DNA of 64,000 bases from contig CAZEEI010000001.1 of the NCBI GenBank assembly GCA_964511175.1, positions 147,187-211,186 on the forward strand, given 5' to 3'. Positions 1 to 9,172 of this stretch are shown one piece after another. The notes beneath the pieces were generated by a model, which saw nothing but the letters and a program-made list of their open reading frames with translations, was not told the origin of the DNA and did not search any database. A program made the translations under genes and the position numbers. Each line of letters begins with the position of its first letter. Positions within the stretch are counted from its first letter, which is position 1. This stretch comes from an uncultured Pseudomonadales bacterium. GTDB lineage: Bacteria > Patescibacteriota > Microgenomatia > UBA1400 > UBA1396.

Positions 1-41
1 GCCTGTTCAACTTCTGCCGCACTGAAGTGAGTTCTCTTCAT
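1..41 (-). CDS. 5' end of a hypothetical protein running off the window (MKRTHFSAAEVEQ...)
   Basis: ATG at 41 on the minus strand preceded by SD-like GAAAGGAAAG; frame open to the window edge. Confidence 0.5.
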   Translation of the reverse strand, partial: MKRTHFSAAEVEQ

Positions 42-100
42 AATAACTTTCCTTTCTGATGTGGGGCTAGTGTACCACAAGCGCTCACTAGCGATGAGAT

Positions 101-472
101 TTACCGGTTAAGTTCGGCGTTTACCTGCGTATCTGCAGCGTCGATTATTTGGATTGTGTCCAGAACATTTCTGGCCCCGGCAAGGATTAATCCCCATTCG
201 ATAATGAGTTTATCCGACACTTGCATGTGGGGTAATTCAATGATGCCGTTACCAAGCCAGCCCCTAATATTATCAGCCAAATAACGGAGATTGGCTAAGA
301 TTCTCACCCATTCCGGGTCCAAGTTGTTTTTCCTCCGCGGAGGAACGTTAGCAGCTTCCAAAATCGCAAAATTAGCCGTGTCAACCAAAGTTCCCAACCA
401 CTCAATTTTAAGTGGTGTTACCTCATTTACAATTTTAGCGGACTCAGGTTTTTTATCGGAATGACGTTTCAT
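101..472 (-). CDS. hypothetical protein, paralog of 487..903
   Basis: 123-aa ORF; I.LP...W...A.AR..LD pattern shared with neighbour; ends LNR. Confidence 0.7.
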   Translation of the reverse strand: MKRHSDKKPESAKIVNEVTPLKIEWLGTLVDTANFAILEAANVPPRRKNNLDPEWVRILANLRYLADNIRGWLGNGIIELPHMQVSDKLIIEWGLILAGARNVLDTIQIIDAADTQVNAELNR

Positions 473-486
473 AAGTTCTTCATTTC

Positions 487-903
487 TTAACGCCTGATCG
501 GTTGAGGCGACAAAGACAAAACATTATCTAGGAGCCGCCGCGCCGTAGCCACTTTTTCGACAACGCTATTCCAGGTGCCTAATTTGGAAAAAGGAATAGT
601 AATATCGCTCTCGACTAAATCATCGAGTTGTTGCTTTATAATAACCGCCTCATTTTGTAACGCGGTCAGATCTAAATGTTGCTTTAAGCAATCGTTAACC
701 TGTTCAAATAAAACGGTGGCCGCTTGGACTAAACGATGTGTTTGGGCTAGGTCATGCGTGGTGAGCAAGCGCGGTGCATTGTTCTCGATCGAGGGTAGGT
801 AAACCGGTTGTTCCTGGCCGACTGGCGGCACCGTTGGCGGTGGGCCGATCTTCGGCATTGTCTCCAACCCCAAATCGATTTGGCGCGTTTGTCGCTTACT
901 CAT
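487..903 (-). CDS. hypothetical protein, paralog of 101..472
   Basis: ORF with ATG at 903 after GAGGAGAG; ends PIRR. Confidence 0.7.
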   Translation of the reverse strand: MSKRQTRQIDLGLETMPKIGPPPTVPPVGQEQPVYLPSIENNAPRLLTTHDLAQTHRLVQAATVLFEQVNDCLKQHLDLTALQNEAVIIKQQLDDLVESDITIPFSKLGTWNSVVEKVATARRLLDNVLSLSPQPIRR

Positions 904-923
904 AAAACTCTCCTCTTCTTTCT

Positions 924-1619
924 TTAACAACTTTTTCCGCAGTATAGCAGAGTGTTTAACGAATCAATATATTTTAAGATTTTGTTTGGTGTTGCAAAGG
1001 TGAGGTCGGGTTGAAATACAGTTGTATTTTTATGTCTGTAAGTTATTAGGCAAGTATGTAACCCGCTGTTTTTTGCCGGCAACAGATCAATTTCTACCCG
1101 ATCACCAATATATAATATTTCCGCCGGTGCCACTTTCATAGCATCCACTAGAACTTCAAATGCTTGGGTATCCGGTTTTTGACACTTCATCTGAGCAGAA
1201 GTAAAAATGGTTGAAAAGTTATTAATTGATATAGACAAACAATTTAGTTTACGGGTAATAGTTTCTAGTGTGTTGCTATTAGTGTGTAGAACATGAGCGA
1301 CTTGTTGATTTTGGATAAATAGTTGTTGTAAATCAGGATTCGGCTGAATATATTGTTCGAGTGGTAGTTTCAGCCAGATGTTTAGAAAAAATGCATTGCC
1401 ATTAATTCCGGCGCTATCGAGAACCTTGGTGCTGCTCTTCAGCTCCTGCTTTTTACGGGAATAATATATTTTTGCCGCGTCGACCGAACAAGATAAAGCC
1501 ATGGCCAGAGCGGATATAATTTGGTCCATAATGGCTTCGTCTAAGGCAGAGACTGACGGATAAAGAGTCCCGTCTAAATCCCAAGCTAAAACTTTAAGTT
1601 GCTTAACCCAAGTAGGCAT
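924..1619 (-). CDS. HAD-superfamily hydrolase
   Basis: Motif I WDLDGTLY, motif II HTNS, KPD, motif IV YIGDRVEID; start moved to ATG 1619. Confidence 0.88.
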   Translation of the reverse strand: MPTWVKQLKVLAWDLDGTLYPSVSALDEAIMDQIISALAMALSCSVDAAKIYYSRKKQELKSSTKVLDSAGINGNAFFLNIWLKLPLEQYIQPNPDLQQLFIQNQQVAHVLHTNSNTLETITRKLNCLSISINNFSTIFTSAQMKCQKPDTQAFEVLVDAMKVAPAEILYIGDRVEIDLLPAKNSGLHTCLITYRHKNTTVFQPDLTFATPNKILKYIDSLNTLLYCGKSC

Positions 1620-2151
1620 ACATTTCTTTTTCGGAAATAGTATCGATGTTTTTATAATTTGGCCAAGAAAGCAAACCTTGCTTTTTTTTCTGTTGGAAAA
1701 TGTTATAAACTCTTTGCCACGCTTCAAAAAAAGTTTCGTTTGTGGAACGCTTCTGGTTGTCGAACTGCTTCATCCGGCCACATATTACTCTGTAGGGGGT
1801 TTTTACACAAACAAAACAAATTTGCTGGGGAGAAAGTTGAGAAAACAATGCTGTTAAAATAATTTCCCGTTTTGGCGCCTCTAAATTTGTGGCATCGACG
1901 ATAACTTTCTCCTGCTGGGCTAATTGGTCCAAAATGATTTCGCCAAGATGGATATATACCTGGTCCCGTTGGGGCGATATCGCTGCGTCGCCGCGGTTAT
2001 CATAACGACTGGATTGAAACATTTTTTCACGAACACCGTCTGATGACAAACAATAAGCTGGTAAAGTATCGGCCATCTGTCGAGCTAACGTAGATTTACC
2101 ACTACCCGGATAACCGGCCATTAAAAAAACTCGTTTGTGGTGCAGATCCAT
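1603..2151 (-). CDS. P-loop kinase (AAA_33 / polynucleotide-kinase-like)
   Basis: Walker A GYPGSGKST, SSDGVRE, VIVDATN. Confidence 0.85.
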   Translation of the reverse strand: MDLHHKRVFLMAGYPGSGKSTLARQMADTLPAYCLSSDGVREKMFQSSRYDNRGDAAISPQRDQVYIHLGEIILDQLAQQEKVIVDATNLEAPKREIILTALFSQLSPQQICFVCVKTPYRVICGRMKQFDNQKRSTNETFFEAWQRVYNIFQQKKKQGLLSWPNYKNIDTISEKEMYAYLG

Positions 2152-2194
2152 GTGTTGATTGTATCAAAACAGTGTGCTATACATCACACATAGT

Positions 2195-2878
2195 ATGAGT
2201 AAACACGATCTAGTCGAACAGGCTAACCAGGTATTAGACAACTCCTTCAAAAATCGGAGCATTTTACCGGAGAAAGTTGTTGCACGCCTGGAAAGGGAAG
2301 TTGCTCATGGTCACGATGTGCAAAAATGGGTTAAAACACTTAACCCCAAGGCTTCTGATGAGCTTTTAGTTGCCGCCCTACTACATGACGTTGAACGAAT
2401 TATCAACTTAGAACACGATAGTGGTTTTACAGGCGATCGCAATAGTTCCGCCTACGCAGATCACAAAAAACAGCACGCTTTGAGGAGCGCCGCATATGTC
2501 ACTGAGCAACTTACAACCATTGGTTTACCCTTTGCCCAAATAGTCAGAATTGCACTACTCATTACTCATCATGATGATACGGGAAGTGAAGTTGAAAAGA
2601 TTAATGATCCTGATTTAAACACCCTCGTTGCCGCTGATAGTTTTTCCTTCTTTACTTCTATTGCCCCAGATATGCTGGCCAGAGAAGGAGAAGCCCGCTT
2701 GGCCGATAAAGTGTATTTTATGGTCGAAAAAATGCCTACTTTTCTGCGCAAACTTTTACAGGATCAAGATTTTACGGAAGCTCAACATGGATTAATTCCG
2801 GCCCAGGCAGTCATTATTGAAAGAGTTAAAAATAATGTTCTCGCGCAATTCATTTTCGATGATTCGACAAGAAGATAG
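2195..2878 (+). CDS. HD-domain protein (DUF4202-like)
   Basis: AHGHDV...AALLHDVER...HALRSA...ITHHD...AADSFSFF. Confidence 0.8.
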   Translation: MSKHDLVEQANQVLDNSFKNRSILPEKVVARLEREVAHGHDVQKWVKTLNPKASDELLVAALLHDVERIINLEHDSGFTGDRNSSAYADHKKQHALRSAAYVTEQLTTIGLPFAQIVRIALLITHHDDTGSEVEKINDPDLNTLVAADSFSFFTSIAPDMLAREGEARLADKVYFMVEKMPTFLRKLLQDQDFTEAQHGLIPAQAVIIERVKNNVLAQFIFDDSTRR

Positions 2879-2905
2879 AGTCAATCCAGCCGAGACTGCA
2901 GATTC

Positions 2906-2994
2906 ATCTTTTCGCCATTTTTACAATAGAAGTAACTTCTAAAATAGAAGTGAAGATGTATCAATACTTCTATGTCGAAAAAACCGAAAAAGAT
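2906..2994. repeat. imperfect palindromic intergenic element, AGAAGT/ACTTCT family, copy A
   Basis: ATCTTTTCG..ATAGAAGTA / TACTTCTAT..CGAAAAAGAT arms; 38/47 nt core match to 13866-13912. Confidence 0.65.
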
Positions 2995-3062
2995 AGAACA
3001 GTTGGCCTTAACCAGTAAGTTTTAGCTGATAACTGCTTGGGCGGTAGTGTCACGTTGTCGAG

Positions 3063-3665
3063 CTAACTTTGCCGCCGCCGTTCGACCTCTGTCCAGTTGA
3101 CCACGTGCCACCAAGCCTCAATGTAGTCCGGCCGGCGGTTTTGGTACTTGAGGTAATAAGCGTGTTCCCAGACGTCCAAAGTCAGCAGGGGCGTCAAGTT
3201 TTGGCTGATCGGACTGTCTTGATTGGTGGTAGTGATAACGCTCAGTTTTTGGTTGGCATCTTTCACTAACCACGCCCAGCCGGAACCGAAAACACCACTG
3301 GCGGCGGTAGTGAAGGCAGTACGAAATGCCTCGACACTACCGAAGGTGGTAGCTAGGGCGGCGGCCAGGGTAGCGCTCGGCTCACCGCCGCCAGGGGCGA
3401 GATTGGTCCAAAAGAGACTATGGTTGTAGTGGCCGCCGCCAAAATTGCGTACCGCAGTACGAATGTCTTCTGGCACAGCAGTCAAATCGGACAAAAGTTC
3501 GGCCAGCGGTCGCTCGGCCCAGTCCGGGTGTTTGGTCAGGGCTTCGTTGAGCTTAGTGATGTAGGTTTGGTGGTGTTTGGTGTGATGAATCTCCATCGTC
3601 TGGGCATCAAAGTACGGCTCCAGAGCGTTGTAAGCGTAAGGTAAGACGGGCAAAGTATGTGGCAT
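3063..3665 (-). CDS. sodA: superoxide dismutase [Mn/Fe]
   Basis: [37 protein letters not shown]. Confidence 0.97.
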   Translation of the reverse strand: MPHTLPVLPYAYNALEPYFDAQTMEIHHTKHHQTYITKLNEALTKHPDWAERPLAELLSDLTAVPEDIRTAVRNFGGGHYNHSLFWTNLAPGGGEPSATLAAALATTFGSVEAFRTAFTTAASGVFGSGWAWLVKDANQKLSVITTTNQDSPISQNLTPLLTLDVWEHAYYLKYQNRRPDYIEAWWHVVNWTEVERRRQS

Positions 3666-3706
3666 AGACCAAACCTCTCTATAAATAATAACTTAACACA
3701 CTAAAC

Positions 3707-4264
3707 TTATTTAGCCAAGGTTGGCACGTTGGCGCGGCCGTCGGCCAAAACCTGTGCCAGCCAAAAAAACTCGTCAAGGACACGTTCCAGCCGTGGTGTC
3801 CATTTAGCCGGTTCCTGGAATCGGCCGTCGATCACTTCTTTAGTAATATTACCGATATTAAGATCTTCGCGGCAAGCCACCATACCCAGTTCGCGCACTA
3901 CTCCCACCAGTGTCTCAATCATCCGTGTCCCGCCGAACGGACCAGTCGATAGGCTGACAAATGCTACCGGTTTATGAAGATATTCCTCCTGATTGAGGTC
4001 GAGGACATATTTAAGCGAACCAGAATAACCGTGGTTATATTCCGGCGCCACAATTAAATAGCCATCAGCAGCAGCGACTTGGGCGCGCAGGGCAGGTGGG
4101 CAGGCGGCCCTACCCTCGTCTTGAAAAGTGAGACCCAACTGGCGTGGGTCGATTAACTCAAACTCGCCCCTGCCCTTTTGGTTGGCCTGTTCGAGCACAA
4201 ACTGAGCCACGTACTGCGTGTACTGACCCTGGCGCAGCGAACCGGAAAAAATCAGGAACTGCAT
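3707..4264 (-). CDS. NADPH-dependent FMN reductase family
   Basis: GSLRQG, APEYNHGYSGSLK, KPVAFV, GPFGGTR; real start ATG 4264. Confidence 0.92.
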   Translation of the reverse strand: MQFLIFSGSLRQGQYTQYVAQFVLEQANQKGRGEFELIDPRQLGLTFQDEGRAACPPALRAQVAAADGYLIVAPEYNHGYSGSLKYVLDLNQEEYLHKPVAFVSLSTGPFGGTRMIETLVGVVRELGMVACREDLNIGNITKEVIDGRFQEPAKWTPRLERVLDEFFWLAQVLADGRANVPTLAK

Positions 4265-4277
4265 TACCCCAGTGTAG

Positions 4278-5138
4278 CTACTTTTGGCAATGCGGGCAAT
4301 AATGCGTCCCCCGCCCCGCCAAGCGTGTTTTGACGATAACCGTACCACAGCGGCGGCAGGCTTCCCCCATTCTCCCATAAACAGCCAGTTTTTGCGTATA
4401 GTTGCCGGTGCGGCCATTGGCATCGCGGTAGTTGCGGAAAGTAGTGCCGCGGTGTTGGATCGCGTCTTCAAGAACGTCCCGACACGCTGCCCAGAGACGT
4501 TTGCTTTCCCCAGCAGTTAAAGTATGAATTTTACGAGTTGGCCGAACTTTAGCCTGCCAGCAAACTTCGTCGGCATAAATATTGCCTAGTCCACTGATGA
4601 GTTTTTGGTTAAGTAGCAAACTTTTGATTGGTCCGGTGCGTTTGCTGAGTAAATTGCGGAAGTGAACCAAAGTAAACTCGGGGTCGAGCGGCTCAGTCCC
4701 AAATTCGGCCAGCACGGCTGCCTTTTCTGCTGGCGAAACCAACCGGAAGAAGCCGAATTGCCGCAGGTCGTTGTAGTACAGTGTACCGCCGTTGCCGAAC
4801 TGGAGAATGAGGTGGGTATATTTGTGCGGCAGAGCCGTTTCCGCCGGCGGCCACGCGTGGCCGCCGGGTGTCTTATGACCCGATTTTTGCCAAATCACTT
4901 GACCAGTCATGCGCAAGTGGACTAAAAGAGTCAACTCGGTATCACTAAGTTCAATCAGTAGTAGTTTGCCGCGTCGCTTGACGGCTATCACAGTACGGCC
5001 GATCAAATTCGACCTAAACATTTTGGCCGGATTACGTACCACCTTGGCGAGCCGGATTTCCAGTGCAGTAATTTTTTGTCCGACCAAATGCGTTTGTAGG
5101 TCACGGCGGATGGTTTCGACTTCTGGTAGCTCCGGCAT
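4278..5138 (-). CDS. mutM: formamidopyrimidine-DNA glycosylase
   Basis: N-terminal MPELPEVE, HLRMTG, GLGNIYADE, C-terminal CxxC...CxxC zinc finger. Confidence 0.97.
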   Translation of the reverse strand: MPELPEVETIRRDLQTHLVGQKITALEIRLAKVVRNPAKMFRSNLIGRTVIAVKRRGKLLLIELSDTELTLLVHLRMTGQVIWQKSGHKTPGGHAWPPAETALPHKYTHLILQFGNGGTLYYNDLRQFGFFRLVSPAEKAAVLAEFGTEPLDPEFTLVHFRNLLSKRTGPIKSLLLNQKLISGLGNIYADEVCWQAKVRPTRKIHTLTAGESKRLWAACRDVLEDAIQHRGTTFRNYRDANGRTGNYTQKLAVYGRMGEACRRCGTVIVKTRLAGRGTHYCPHCQK

Positions 5139-5219
5139 AAGTGCATTGTACGTCCATTTTTCTTGTATTAGTACGCTACTACATGGAAAAATGAACCATA
5201 ACTAGGTGCAGAATCAGGC

Positions 5220-5248
5220 TTGACAACTTTCTTTCAGTGACTTAACAT
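5220..5248 (+). promoter_or_regulatory. sigma70-type promoter of hsp20
   Basis: TTGACA (5220-5225), 17 nt, TAACAT (5243-5248). Confidence 0.8.
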
Positions 5249-5274
5249 TGGCACTGTCTATCTAAGAGTGCTAA
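5248..5274 (+). promoter_or_regulatory. CIRCE element (HrcA operator)
   Basis: TTGGCACTG-N9-GAGTGCTAA versus consensus TTAGCACTC-N9-GAGTGCTAA, upstream of hsp20. Confidence 0.9.
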
Positions 5275-5304
5275 TCAGCACTAAAAACAAAAGAAAGGAA
5301 ACAT

Positions 5305-5724
5305 ATGGCTTTAGTCCGTTGGAATCCCCTTTTTTCACGCCTGCTGAGCGATTGGCCGGAAGCCTGGGGTGACGAGATGGCACCGCTAACTACTAGTGCC
5401 GGTTCTGGTTTAGAGGTTTATGAAGACGAGACCGAAGTAGTGGTTAAAGCAAACGTAGCGGGTGTTCCTGAGAAGGATATCGACATTACCTTCGAAAAAG
5501 GCATGCTGAAGATTAGTGCGCAAGCTACTAAAGAGGAAGGCGATGAAAAACGTACCCACTACGCGCGTTCTTCTTGGGACTACAACTACACTGTGGCTGT
5601 TCCCGGCATGATTGACCTCAACGCTGAACCCAAAGCTGAAGTGGCTGACGGTGTGGTGACGATTAGTTTTGCCAAATCTAAAGCATCGTTGCCTAAAAAA
5701 GTAACAGTTTCGCGCAAAGCCTAG
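5305..5724 (+). CDS. hsp20: Hsp20/alpha-crystallin small heat-shock protein
   Basis: MALVRWNP, EVYEDETEVVVKANVAGV, A.V.DGVVTI; SD GAAAGGAA; CIRCE upstream. Confidence 0.93.
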   Translation: MALVRWNPLFSRLLSDWPEAWGDEMAPLTTSAGSGLEVYEDETEVVVKANVAGVPEKDIDITFEKGMLKISAQATKEEGDEKRTHYARSSWDYNYTVAVPGMIDLNAEPKAEVADGVVTISFAKSKASLPKKVTVSRKA

Positions 5725-5783
5725 GTCAGACCTATGCCAGGGTCAGACCCTGCCTAGGGTCTGACCCATGGCGGGGTCTGACC
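5724..5783. repeat. GGTCWGACC palindrome array, 4 cores, 17-nt period
   Basis: Cores start at 5724, 5741, 5758, 5775. Confidence 0.9.
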
Positions 5784-5842
5784 CTTTTGACTGGCTATAG
5801 GTTGTAGTGTATAGTCGACGGCAATACCAAAAGGGGAAACCT

Positions 5843-6679
5843 ATGGCGAAGCCTCGAACGGAACTTAGTCCAGGGATGAGGGGGGAAATTGCCCGGCTTT
5901 ACCCTCTCTCAATAGCGGAGGTGCAACGACTTTTGCCAGAGCGCCGTGGTTACCAAGTGGTAGACAAACCTATTCCTTTTGGACCGGAGTTAACCAGTTT
6001 TGTTGGGCAGCATCACATCGATCTAAATGCAATTAAGGACTATAATTTAGCCTTTTTGGGTTTTGATGCAGTGCGGCGAGGTGACAATTTTGTTACCCGT
6101 CCAGGCCGTGAAGTCAGCGGTTTTGAGCCGTACTTTTTGGGCGGAGCAGAAACGGACGGTCGCGAAGTAATTAAGGGGATTGCTCGGCTTGGTAAGGAGC
6201 AAATCACCCTCATTAACAGCGACTTTTTCGGAAAAGTTGCGTGGCAGAAGGCTAAGGCGGTTTTAGATGGTAGCGGGCCAGTGACTACCGAAGCGCTCAA
6301 GACCTTAGACGATTTGTTTGTTAGAGTTCTTAACGCAGGGCGTCGGCGCATACTTAACAACCCCGTCGCTGAACAATTCCGACAGTCTACCGCACGTTTG
6401 GTCCGAGAGGCACCGGGATTCTATTTCTATTTTCCTTCCCAATCTCAATGTTTGCACAATGCCTATTACCAGATAATGCAACGTCCGCCAATACATGGTC
6501 TAAAGATGGCGCGCTTTGAGGGTGATCCGGTTGAATTACTCAGCGATGAGGCGCCTGATTTGCTAGAAGGCTGGAAGCTGATGTCCCGCTTAGGCGTTAT
6601 GGGTCACCCGGCTGTCCGTGTAGCAACCGATTATGGTTTTTTAGGTGCTCGCTATGGCGGGGCGGTGGGAAATAGGTAG
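5843..6679 (+). CDS. hypothetical protein
   Basis: Long ORF, ATG 5843 after AAGGGG; TTGACT-17-TATAGT upstream; ends GNR. Confidence 0.7.
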   Translation: MAKPRTELSPGMRGEIARLYPLSIAEVQRLLPERRGYQVVDKPIPFGPELTSFVGQHHIDLNAIKDYNLAFLGFDAVRRGDNFVTRPGREVSGFEPYFLGGAETDGREVIKGIARLGKEQITLINSDFFGKVAWQKAKAVLDGSGPVTTEALKTLDDLFVRVLNAGRRRILNNPVAEQFRQSTARLVREAPGFYFYFPSQSQCLHNAYYQIMQRPPIHGLKMARFEGDPVELLSDEAPDLLEGWKLMSRLGVMGHPAVRVATDYGFLGARYGGAVGNR

Positions 6680-6757
6680 CCCAGTCGCACGGAATCCTTA
6701 TACCCAAAATTGTTCTCTCAGTTTGACAGCGTTATAACGGTTTGCTAGCCTGGAGAC

Positions 6758-7840
6758 ATGCCTACTGCCAACGCGCCGGTCGCGACTACCAAAGATACTA
6801 AACCTACGGTGAAAAAAGCCAAAATTAAATTGGCGATTGATAAAGATGCTCTAAAAAAAGTTAACCTGGTGGCGGTGGCCTATTCGCACGTGGAGCGCGA
6901 GTGGTTTCCTACCAAAGAAGCCTATGAAGCGGAAGTGGAGGTGGAAGATCGGGCTCAAGAGGTTTTGGATGAATTAGAGAAACTAGGTATTCCGGCGCGC
7001 GGCTATGCCGGCAACCAGTACTTTTTAACTAATTTGTTGGTCGATCAGCCCAATTTGGTTCTTAATTTGGTGGATACGCTGCGGGGCAAAGATGCCTTAC
7101 AAACTTCCGTGCCGGCGGCGTTGGAGCTGTCTAATATTCCCTACACCGGCGCAGGTATGGCTGGAATGGTAATCAGCAACAACCGCAACCTCACCAAGCG
7201 TTTGTTAATGGCCTACGATATCCCGACTCCCGATTTTCAGTTTATCCGGCGCGCCGGTACCAAGGTGACAGAAGATCTTGGTTTCCCCCTCATTGTCAAA
7301 CTCAACGAAAGCGGCGGTAGCGTTGGTATCGACAATAAGGCCGTCAAGGAAAATCAAAAAAGTGTCCAGAAGAAAGTCGACACCATGGTTTCTACTTACA
7401 AAGTGCCGGTGATTGTGGAGCGCTTCATTGCTGGCCCGGAAATCACGGTGGTGGTATTCGACGACGGTAATAAAAAACACGTCGTTATGGGCGAGAAAAT
7501 TTTCCGCAAGAAGCCAGACGGCAAATATTACTTCACGTCTTTGGAAAGCTACGACGATCTACACGCCTACAAATACAAATTTTTAGACGACGAGGCTCTA
7601 GAAAGTAAAATCAGCCGTTTAGCCGTGCGGGCTTTTAACGCCTTGCAATTTAAAGATTACGCCAAGTTTGACGTGCGTATGGATAGTGAAACCGGCGTCC
7701 CCTACTTTACCGATTGCAACGCTAACACGGCGTTTGGTCCGGATCGGGGACTGCCCATGACCGAGGTACTGGCGATGTATGGCGTGTCGTTTAGCGATAC
7801 GTTAGCGAGTTTGATCAGCAAGTATGTTAAGCAACTCTAA
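6758..7840 (+). CDS. D-Ala-D-Ala ligase-like ATP-grasp protein
   Basis: NIPYTG, PLIVKLNESGGSVGI, VERFIAGPEITV, AKFDVR, DCNAN; lacks the canonical Ddl N-terminal GGxSxE motif. Confidence 0.85.
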   Translation: MPTANAPVATTKDTKPTVKKAKIKLAIDKDALKKVNLVAVAYSHVEREWFPTKEAYEAEVEVEDRAQEVLDELEKLGIPARGYAGNQYFLTNLLVDQPNLVLNLVDTLRGKDALQTSVPAALELSNIPYTGAGMAGMVISNNRNLTKRLLMAYDIPTPDFQFIRRAGTKVTEDLGFPLIVKLNESGGSVGIDNKAVKENQKSVQKKVDTMVSTYKVPVIVERFIAGPEITVVVFDDGNKKHVVMGEKIFRKKPDGKYYFTSLESYDDLHAYKYKFLDDEALESKISRLAVRAFNALQFKDYAKFDVRMDSETGVPYFTDCNANTAFGPDRGLPMTEVLAMYGVSFSDTLASLISKYVKQL

Positions 7841-7853
7841 TAATGCCGGTGGC

Positions 7854-8444
7854 ATGCAGCGTTTTCTGCAGATTTCCGAATCGCATTGCGGGGCGGCAGT
7901 ATTACAAATGTTGCTAAGCAACTTAGGTGTACTGGTTTCTCAGGACGAAATCGCCGCGGCGGCTGGCGCCACCCATACGGTTGAAGAGTATGGTTTGCGG
8001 GTGGATCAGTTGATTCTGGCTACTCAGCGACTCGCTCCTCAGGCGCAGTTTTGGTATAAGAATGAAGCCAATCTCACTGATTTAAATACGTTGGTTAACC
8101 AGTACGGTTGTCCGGTGGGAGTAGAGTGGCAAGGTGTTTTCGGCCAAGATGAGGAAGAGGAAGAAGAAGGCGAAGAAGATTATGGCCACTATAGTATCGT
8201 GACTAAGCTTGACCTCGATTACGACACCGTAGTGCTAGTGGATCCCTACCGCGACTTTGGCCTAAAGGATCGTTACTTTAACGTTGGCGAATTTCTCGAG
8301 CGCTGGTGGGATGTGAACGAAGTGTTTGACCAAACCGATAAATATTCCCGTTTGGTGGAAGATTACCATTTATTATTTATCGTGGTGCCACGCGGCGCCG
8401 CTTTTCCCAAATTGTTAGATCTACGTCATACCTGGGACGGCTAG
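7854..8444 (+). CDS. C39-like (papain-fold) cysteine peptidase
   Basis: QISESHCGAA (Q/C), GHYSIV (H), LVDPY (D). Confidence 0.8.
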   Translation: MQRFLQISESHCGAAVLQMLLSNLGVLVSQDEIAAAAGATHTVEEYGLRVDQLILATQRLAPQAQFWYKNEANLTDLNTLVNQYGCPVGVEWQGVFGQDEEEEEEGEEDYGHYSIVTKLDLDYDTVVLVDPYRDFGLKDRYFNVGEFLERWWDVNEVFDQTDKYSRLVEDYHLLFIVVPRGAAFPKLLDLRHTWDG

Positions 8445-8686
8445 TGCCCCATCATTTTCCAAAGATGCGCGCCAATAGCAATACCAACTAGGACCCAACC
8501 CCAGAACAAAATATCGCTAACGCCAAAGTAGCTCACCACCAACAGAGCCAGCCCAGCCCCACCGATCAAATGGGTGATCCCCTTCCAACTGGCGCAGCAG
8601 CCCATCATGGTGCCACCGCCGCATTCGCCGCCGCAGCAACAACCGCCGTGCATCATCATTTTTCCAGACCTTTTTGCCATATACAT
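8441..8686 (-). CDS. small 2-TM protein with Cys/Met/His-rich N-terminus
   Basis: SD AGGAGG; MMMHGGCCCGGECGGGTMMGCC followed by two hydrophobic helices. Confidence 0.75.
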   Translation of the reverse strand: MYMAKRSGKMMMHGGCCCGGECGGGTMMGCCASWKGITHLIGGAGLALLVVSYFGVSDILFWGWVLVGIAIGAHLWKMMGH

Positions 8687-8792
8687 CCTCCTTTTTTGTG
8701 GCTATCTTTATGTTGCTTAACTTTTGTCCGGTAGTCAAGGGAGGATAACAACGGTTGTGTTACAATCTGAGCTAGTTAGATAAGGAGAACCT

Positions 8793-9170
8793 ATGCTGTG
8801 GGATCAGGAAGTTATTGATGGATTTGATATTGAGCCCGAAGATGTGCGCCGCCTACCACCCCTATCCGATTTTGGTTTTCCGGGTGAGGATATAAGACCA
8901 GCACAAATATTACCGCTTGAACGGCGAAAACAAGAATACTGTCGTCAGTTAACCGAATTTTTGTTTACTTCAGCGGCTTGGTCTCGAGACGTAGCTAGAC
9001 GTCTAGCCGATTTGATTGTGGCTTTTCAATCCGGTCAATACTCGCCAGCCGGGGCGCCGACAGAATATGCCGAAATGGTTGAAATGTTGCAGAGGTTAGG
9101 TGAGCAAGATTCCCACTTACTAGACCAGCTACGGACAGAGGTACAGTCGCTTTTTCCACAGACAAGGTAA
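8793..9170 (+). CDS. hypothetical protein, paralog of 9662..9969
   Basis: SD AAGGAG; L.EFLF.S..W....RLADLIV motif; ends PQTR. Confidence 0.7.
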   Translation: MLWDQEVIDGFDIEPEDVRRLPPLSDFGFPGEDIRPAQILPLERRKQEYCRQLTEFLFTSAAWSRDVARRLADLIVAFQSGQYSPAGAPTEYAEMVEMLQRLGEQDSHLLDQLRTEVQSLFPQTR

Positions 9171-9172
9171 GC

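Noticed and set aside
4265-4471. N-terminal extension of the FMN reductase (also those of tkt, dcd, HAD and DUF1599)
   Set aside because: The extensions overlap neighbouring genes or repeats; family homology and -10 elements point to the downstream ATGs
8441-8686. RiPP precursor for the ATP-grasp/C39 pair
   Set aside because: Opposite strand, two TM helices, and no graspetide-like core motif
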